Below, piece by piece: positions 58,818 through 64,000 of a stretch of 64,000 nt of DNA. Each line of letters begins with the position of its first letter. Within the stretch, counting starts at the first letter, position 1. The notes below the pieces were generated by a model that was not told where the DNA came from, made no database searches, and saw nothing but the letters and a program-made list of their open reading frames with translations. The DNA lies in the NCBI GenBank assembly GCA_037447605.1, contig CM074808.1:2170001-2234000 (forward strand), in the 5' to 3' direction. A program made the translations under genes and the position numbers. The stretch is from Zygnema circumcarinatum SAG 698-1b. Lineage: Eukaryota > Plantae > Zygnematophyceae.

Positions 58818-61800
58818 ATGCTCGCCCACGCGCTGCCCCTCGCGGGAGACCCGAGCGTGTTTTTCGCCATTGCATCTCCCGTATCCAGCATCGACGGGAG
58901 CGTCTTCCTCGCGGGAGGTGCTTCTTGGCAGACAGTTGGACCGGGGAGGAGGCGGCTGTCACAGCCTGCATATACATATTTCAGGGCTTACTGCAGCCAG
59001 GAGAAAAGCAATCGCAAAGACAGGGTGTTGGAATCAGACGTTTCGTCAGGGTCTCCCAGCCATGAAGGAAAAAAAGATCCTGAATTGAATAAGGCCACCA
59101 TTAGCCGAAGAAAAACAATATCTTCTCTTCCTGTGGCAGCGGGGGCCTTCGCAGGCGCGCAATTGTGTGGTGGTGCTGCTATTTTTAAGGCAGGGGCAAC
59201 AGGAGTAACTACTGCGAGGGAATTGGAGGTTCAGCGTGCTATAGGTACGGCTGTGGACGGACTGCGGAGCCGGCTAAGTTCATTCACGTTGTCTAATGGC
59301 ATGCGCTGGGTGGTGGTGGAGCGCCATAACGCGCCTATTGTGTCCTGCCACACATACGCAGATGTTGGTGCTTCTGATGAGGTGGATGGCCTCACAGGGC
59401 TTGCACATCTGCTGGTGCGTGGTGATTGCCTTCACCTTAGAAATTCTCCATGTGTTCTTGGAGATATTTTCGGTGGCCTGAATGACCTGTGCAACGCATG
59501 GCACACCTTTTGCTTTTTCCACAAAGTCTTTGCATTGTTTGGTTCATTCCTCTCTTTAGCAATGTAGGCTGCATAGCTGTCAGCGATGAAGCTTGATGTC
59601 TATGTTGAAAAGCATAAGAGAAAAAAAGACTTGATTTTGACATGACCATGCTTTCTAATTCCGGCCATTGAACAACATTTTGTTAGCTTTCGTGCAAACT
59701 TGCTAGTCAATGGATGCTACATGCATTTTCTGAGATACAAAACATCACGAGTGCTGATTGAAAATTCTACACATTGTTAACGAAAAGGAGCTAGGCATTT
59801 GTTCCACTGTTTCTTAGGTAGAATCTTGTTGTCACTTTGTTTCCTTTTATAGCTGGAGCTAAGAGCCCAAAAGTATATCCAATATCGAAAATGAGGTGTT
59901 TTCCTTATATTGATTTAACAACTGATTCGTTTCATAAACGCTGATTGTACGTCCGACTTCCCTTCACGCTGCACTTGCAGGAACATTTAGCGTTTAAGGG
60001 GACAACTCGAGTGGGGACGCGCGATCCTGTGGCAGAAGCAGCTGTGCTTGATCGCCTTGACGAAGGTGAGACAGAGGCAACGGATGGGCAAACTTCGCTG
60101 CCTTCTTGTGGCAGACCAAGAGCAAAGAAAGGCATACTAGCTGTACGCTATACACTGCATGCTATATACAGTTCAAAGAAAGTTATGATCCAGTTCGACT
60201 ACACGGGCTAATGCTTCGTTGGCACTTCCTTTAGCACTTACAGTTTAGTTTACCGAACCATGTCATTGGCTTTGTCAGCGTTCAGGGCCTGTGTTTGGCT
60301 AAGGTCAGCTCCTGCCATTTAAACCACTTTGACTGAATGAAGTTTGTATCACCTCATTGCTCTTTTTCTTTGGCCACCTTTGTTTCCTTATTAGATTTGA
60401 TTCCTCATCCCGTAGACTCTCTCGCTCTTTCCTTCCCCTCATCAGAGCACGTGGATCCCTTTCATCAGCATTTCCAATTCATTCCTAAGTCATATAGTTT
60501 TAGCCTTAAGTCAACGTAGGACTCACCAAGGAATGCCAGCAGCATTATGATACCTTTACAGTTTGGACAGCCGGCCAGAAACTGCCATCTCCCTTTCCAG
60601 TGCATAGCTATTGTCAGCTAACTAGTACGCTTTCAATGTTCGAGAGCTTTCCTTCATTGGTTAAAAAATGGTTAATGGTTATTAAGGCAAGGAGGGTCAG
60701 CGATGGAGTAAGTTGTGCTTTCCACATGGACAAATTCATAAGCATATTAGATGCAAGTTGACCTTCCCATATTGCTCGTTCTGTGAAGATTTAATGGTTT
60801 GCCTCATAATACAGCTCGATCAGAAGTAGGTTGTTTTCAGGGCTGTGCATGTTTTGCGTGCATTGGCTACATTATGTCTATCGTAAGGAGGTGCCATGTT
60901 GACAGAATAGGGCCTGCTCTCCTCGAGATTTTGACAGGGTGTGGTAATGTTCTGCTATCTTGTTGTACCAGTGTTCTATGAACGCCAGGAGGCACTCGCA
61001 AAGGGAAATTCAGCACTTGCTCGACGACTTTCTCAAGAGTTTGTGAGAACTTACTTGAGCCCTTCCGAACTAGCTGGACTGCCACAAGATTTGGAGGCCG
61101 CTTTCTTGAAACTCTTCTTAGAAGTCTTGTTTAGACTTCCCCTACTTTCTCCCTCAAAGTCGTGGTTACTGAAGCTTTCAGCCTTTCCACAACTCTATCC
61201 ATTTCTCTTCTGCACTGTCATTTCCTTCTATACTCTAATTTACCCGCTCTGAAGACTATTTTTGGAGCTTCTTCCAAGTCGCTGCTGGGAAAGGAGTCCC
61301 TTCCCGTATTCGGGTTGTTGGGAGCACTCTCTGAATTACCCCATTGCTTGGGTGACTAACGAAGCAGCAGAACAAACTGCATGTATTGAGCTTTCTGTCC
61401 TCTTATATGCAGTATATATTTTAGCCGTCCGCTGCTTGGTTGCTGCAAACTGATTTGGAAGTTGCCTTTGCCTGTTCTTGTGGTGGCAACATTCTGCTGA
61501 TTTAGAGAAGAGGACATGCTTGTGCCGATGAAGGGCCTATCCAGCCTTTACAGCGTCGTTCCCTGCACTGTGTGATGGACTGCAGGAGAAGCTGCAAGCC
61601 ATGGCTGCGGAGCTGGCCATTCCCAACGAATATGGAGCCCTGCTGGCAAGGCAGGGAGGGGTGGGCCTCAACGCACAAACGTCACAAGACTCCACCGGTG
61701 GGCACCTGCTCTCCCCTCTCATTGCTTACTCCAAAGCGTAAATGTTGTGAGCGGGCATGGGGTTTTTTTGTTGTGGTATCTGGCCTGTTAGTGGCTGGCG

Positions 61801-63863
61801 AGATACTCTGCAATAACGTATCTTAGTTTTACACATTGACAGTGCATGCTGTTGTTGGGAACATCAGCCCAATGCCTTGACTAGGCTTCGTGCATTCTGC
61901 AGAGTATTTTGTCTCTTTGCCCAGCAATAAGTTGGAGCTTTGGATGGCCTTGGAGAGTGGTCGATTTCGTCGCCCTGTATTTCGCCAACTATATGCTGAA
62001 AAGGAGGTGCTGCCTTCTCTCTGTGAGCGCTGCTGCTGGATGGCCTCTGTCTGGGAGAGATGAAGAGTTTGAGGAGTGAGGGGAAGGGTTTAAAGCAAGT
62101 GAAATGAGTAAGAAGAGCTCAAGCATAAGGAGGTGAGTGGGGTTGCGGCGAGCTTCTCAATAGCCGGTTATGTATTTGAACTGCCAGAAGCGAGCTCTAT
62201 CTCCACCGTAAAAGTGAGAGTACAGCCATGACAATGACAGTGACATTGTCAATAATGACTAGTCAAAGAACCTGATGAATCATTCAATCCTAATCCTTCG
62301 AACTCCTCTTCCTCTCAAGTCACTTGCTTGTTCAGGTCACTGTTTCACGAAGTAGACTAGTGCTGAATCCCGTTGTCACAGAGTTCTTTTCAGCTGATGT
62401 AGTGCTTGCTTGTCGTTTACGCCATATGGTGATGCTCACTCTCTCGCATCAGGTGGTGAGGGAGGAGCGTCGTCTGCGAGTGGACAATGCGCCGCTCGGC
62501 CGCTTCACTGAGGCCTTTGCAGCGACAGCTTTCCCCGGAACTGCCTATGGCCGACCTGTGATTGGCTATCGTATCCATGGATCCGATGTGATGTGCATGA
62601 GCGAGTGCTTAAGGATAGTGAAAGAAGTGAGAAAAGTTAGGTACTCAGAAAGTTTGTTCCTGCTATTGCAAGCTACAGCATTAGTGATCCATTAGTTACC
62701 CATTCATGTAGAAAGATGTAGAAGTATGGTTTTCTCGTGGCATTTGTCCAACACGCACTGCTGCTAGCAACGTCCACAGTCTTGCAAGAACCTTCGCCCC
62801 CCCCCCCCACCCTCCCCCTCATTGTATTCGTCATGCACAGGATAGAGGGCACAGTTTCTCTGTTGGAATGTATGATAGAAGACACGAGTTTATGCGTGTG
62901 CACATTCTGCACGAGTCATTCATGTGGGCTGCCTTGACCATCCGCTCTGCAGCGAATGACTTTGACAAGATTGGACGGCGAGAAGTGGACTCCTTCTTTC
63001 GCCAGTTCTACAATCCAATGTCCCTCATTTGTGCTGTGGTACAGCCTTCATTCTCTACTCTTCATTCTCATTCTTCTTCATTGGCGGATTATACAGTTAT
63101 GCACGCTTTTGCATACTCCCCATCACTGCCTTTCCTGACTTTCTCTTTCATCGGAAGTAGTGTTCGTCATTTCTGTTTCAAAAATCCCCTCAGCTCTCGT
63201 CGTCGTACTGCATTCTATCCCGCTGATATCCTCTTATTTTGCCCGTTCGGGTGGTGACCTTGTGCGGGAAGCAGGTGGGGGATGTGAATCCGGCAGAGGT
63301 GAAGTCTTTTAGCACCATCGCAGAAACTTTGGAAGATTCAAGAAGCTGAATGATGCCCCCCTGCAGCTGCTCATGGCGATGGGAGGGAGGCTGCAGGTGG
63401 AACGTATGGCTGTGCGCTACTTTGGGGATTGGCAGCCATCCATGGCTGCCCCCCTGCCCCCCCTGCAAGCTGTGCAAGAATGGGCGGGGCCACCTCAACG
63501 ACCTGCTGACGTCCCCAGTACGCTGCGAATGTCGCTTCCTGCCAGTCCCTTTTACATGGAAGGTGCGATTGCTTTCTCATATGGTCCACCAATAAACACT
63601 CTTAAGGATGAAGATGAGGGATGGAAGCATTTGCAGGGGACAAGTTAGAGCAATCCGATAGAAAATCCGGCGGAATTGTGTGTGTCCAATCCCAATCTCT
63701 ATTCTAGAAAGTTTCCATGCGCAAGGTCTTCCTGCTGACAGACATATCCTGTGCCTGAGCCGGTGCAGGATATTACCGTCCCAGTGCCGCATCAGCCGAC
63801 GACCCGGCGCTCTCTGTGCTCAGTTCCGTTCTGAGCGGCAGCCGCACCTCGCGCCTGTACAAG
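58818..63863 (+). CDS. Cyanobacterial-type M16 (insulinase/pitrilysin family) zinc peptidase, 3'-partial; exons 58818-59414, 59981-60065, 60972-61042, 61586-61697, 61903-62006, 62453-62570, 62953-63038, 63275-63298, 63397-63562, 63769-63863
   Basis: FTLSNGMRWVVVERHNAPIVSCHTYADVGASDEVDGLTGLAHLL|EHLAFKGTTRVGT (HxxEH zinc motif), GGVGLNAQTSQDST.YFVSLPSNKLELWMALES.RF..PVFRQLYAEKEVVREERRLRVDN, AVVGDVNPAEV, GYYRP...VLSGSRTSRLYK; nine phase-consistent GT-AG introns; continues past the window. Confidence 0.92.
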
Positions 63864-63916
63864 GTGCCGCGAGGGGCCGGGAGAAGAGGGGGGCCTCCTG
63901 CGGCACCTGCTGGCTG

Positions 63917-64000
63917 AGGGAGAGGGAGAGGGAGAGGGAGAGGGAGAGGGANNNNNNNNNNGGAGAGGGAGAGGGAGAGGGAGAGGGAGAGGGAGGGGGA
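63917..64000. repeat. (GGGAGA)n microsatellite interrupted by a 10-N assembly gap (63952-63961), in an M16 gene intron
   Basis: Direct reading of the sequence. Confidence 0.95.

Noticed and set aside
57995-58891. Minus-strand ORFs, one with a signal-peptide-like start
   Set aside because: The hydrophobic part is the antisense of the purine-rich M16 leader, its ATG overlaps the M16 ATG, and I could not build a coherent spliced product.

Overview
Gene-dense, intron-rich eukaryotic nuclear DNA from the green lineage. The mix of land-plant-type genes, a cyanobacterial-type peptidase and very GC-rich first exons suggests a non-seed streptophyte, probably a charophyte/zygnematophyte alga (inference, not provable from the window). 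By hand-assembling splice-phase-consistent exon chains I support 12 protein genes: a 5'-partial NOL11/Utp8-like gene (+), NOP53 (-), SWI3D-type SWI/SNF subunit (+), F-box/WD40 (+), intronless POB1/LRB-like BTB-BACK (-), mitochondrial bL28 (-), At5g61530-like RhoGAP (-), mitochondrial bL25 (+), plastid PSRP-7/EF-Ts polyprotein PETs (-), TFIIH p62/TFB1 (+), a BIM-like bHLH with a hidden poly-Q exon (+), and a 3'-partial cyanobacterial-type M16 zinc peptidase (+). There is also one candidate unannotated small spliced gene. Non-coding structure found by eye: a 569-bp TA-flanked pogo/Tc1-like MITE with perfect 27-bp TIRs; two inverted ~145-bp hAT-like MITEs; a 386-bp foldback element; a 27-bp tandem array built on the palindrome AACCGCGCGGTT; dense CCGTAC/GTAC clusters near most promoters; a six-G-box cluster plus (GGGGCA)8 abutting the bHLH start codon; and (GAGGGA)n leaders. 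No tRNA, rRNA or CRISPR array was found. The best candidates for something undescribed are (i) a putative Tat-routed, thylakoid-lumen M16 peptidase and (ii) a GTAC-pentamer promoter element shared with a MITE. All family assignments are from remembered motifs, not database searches.
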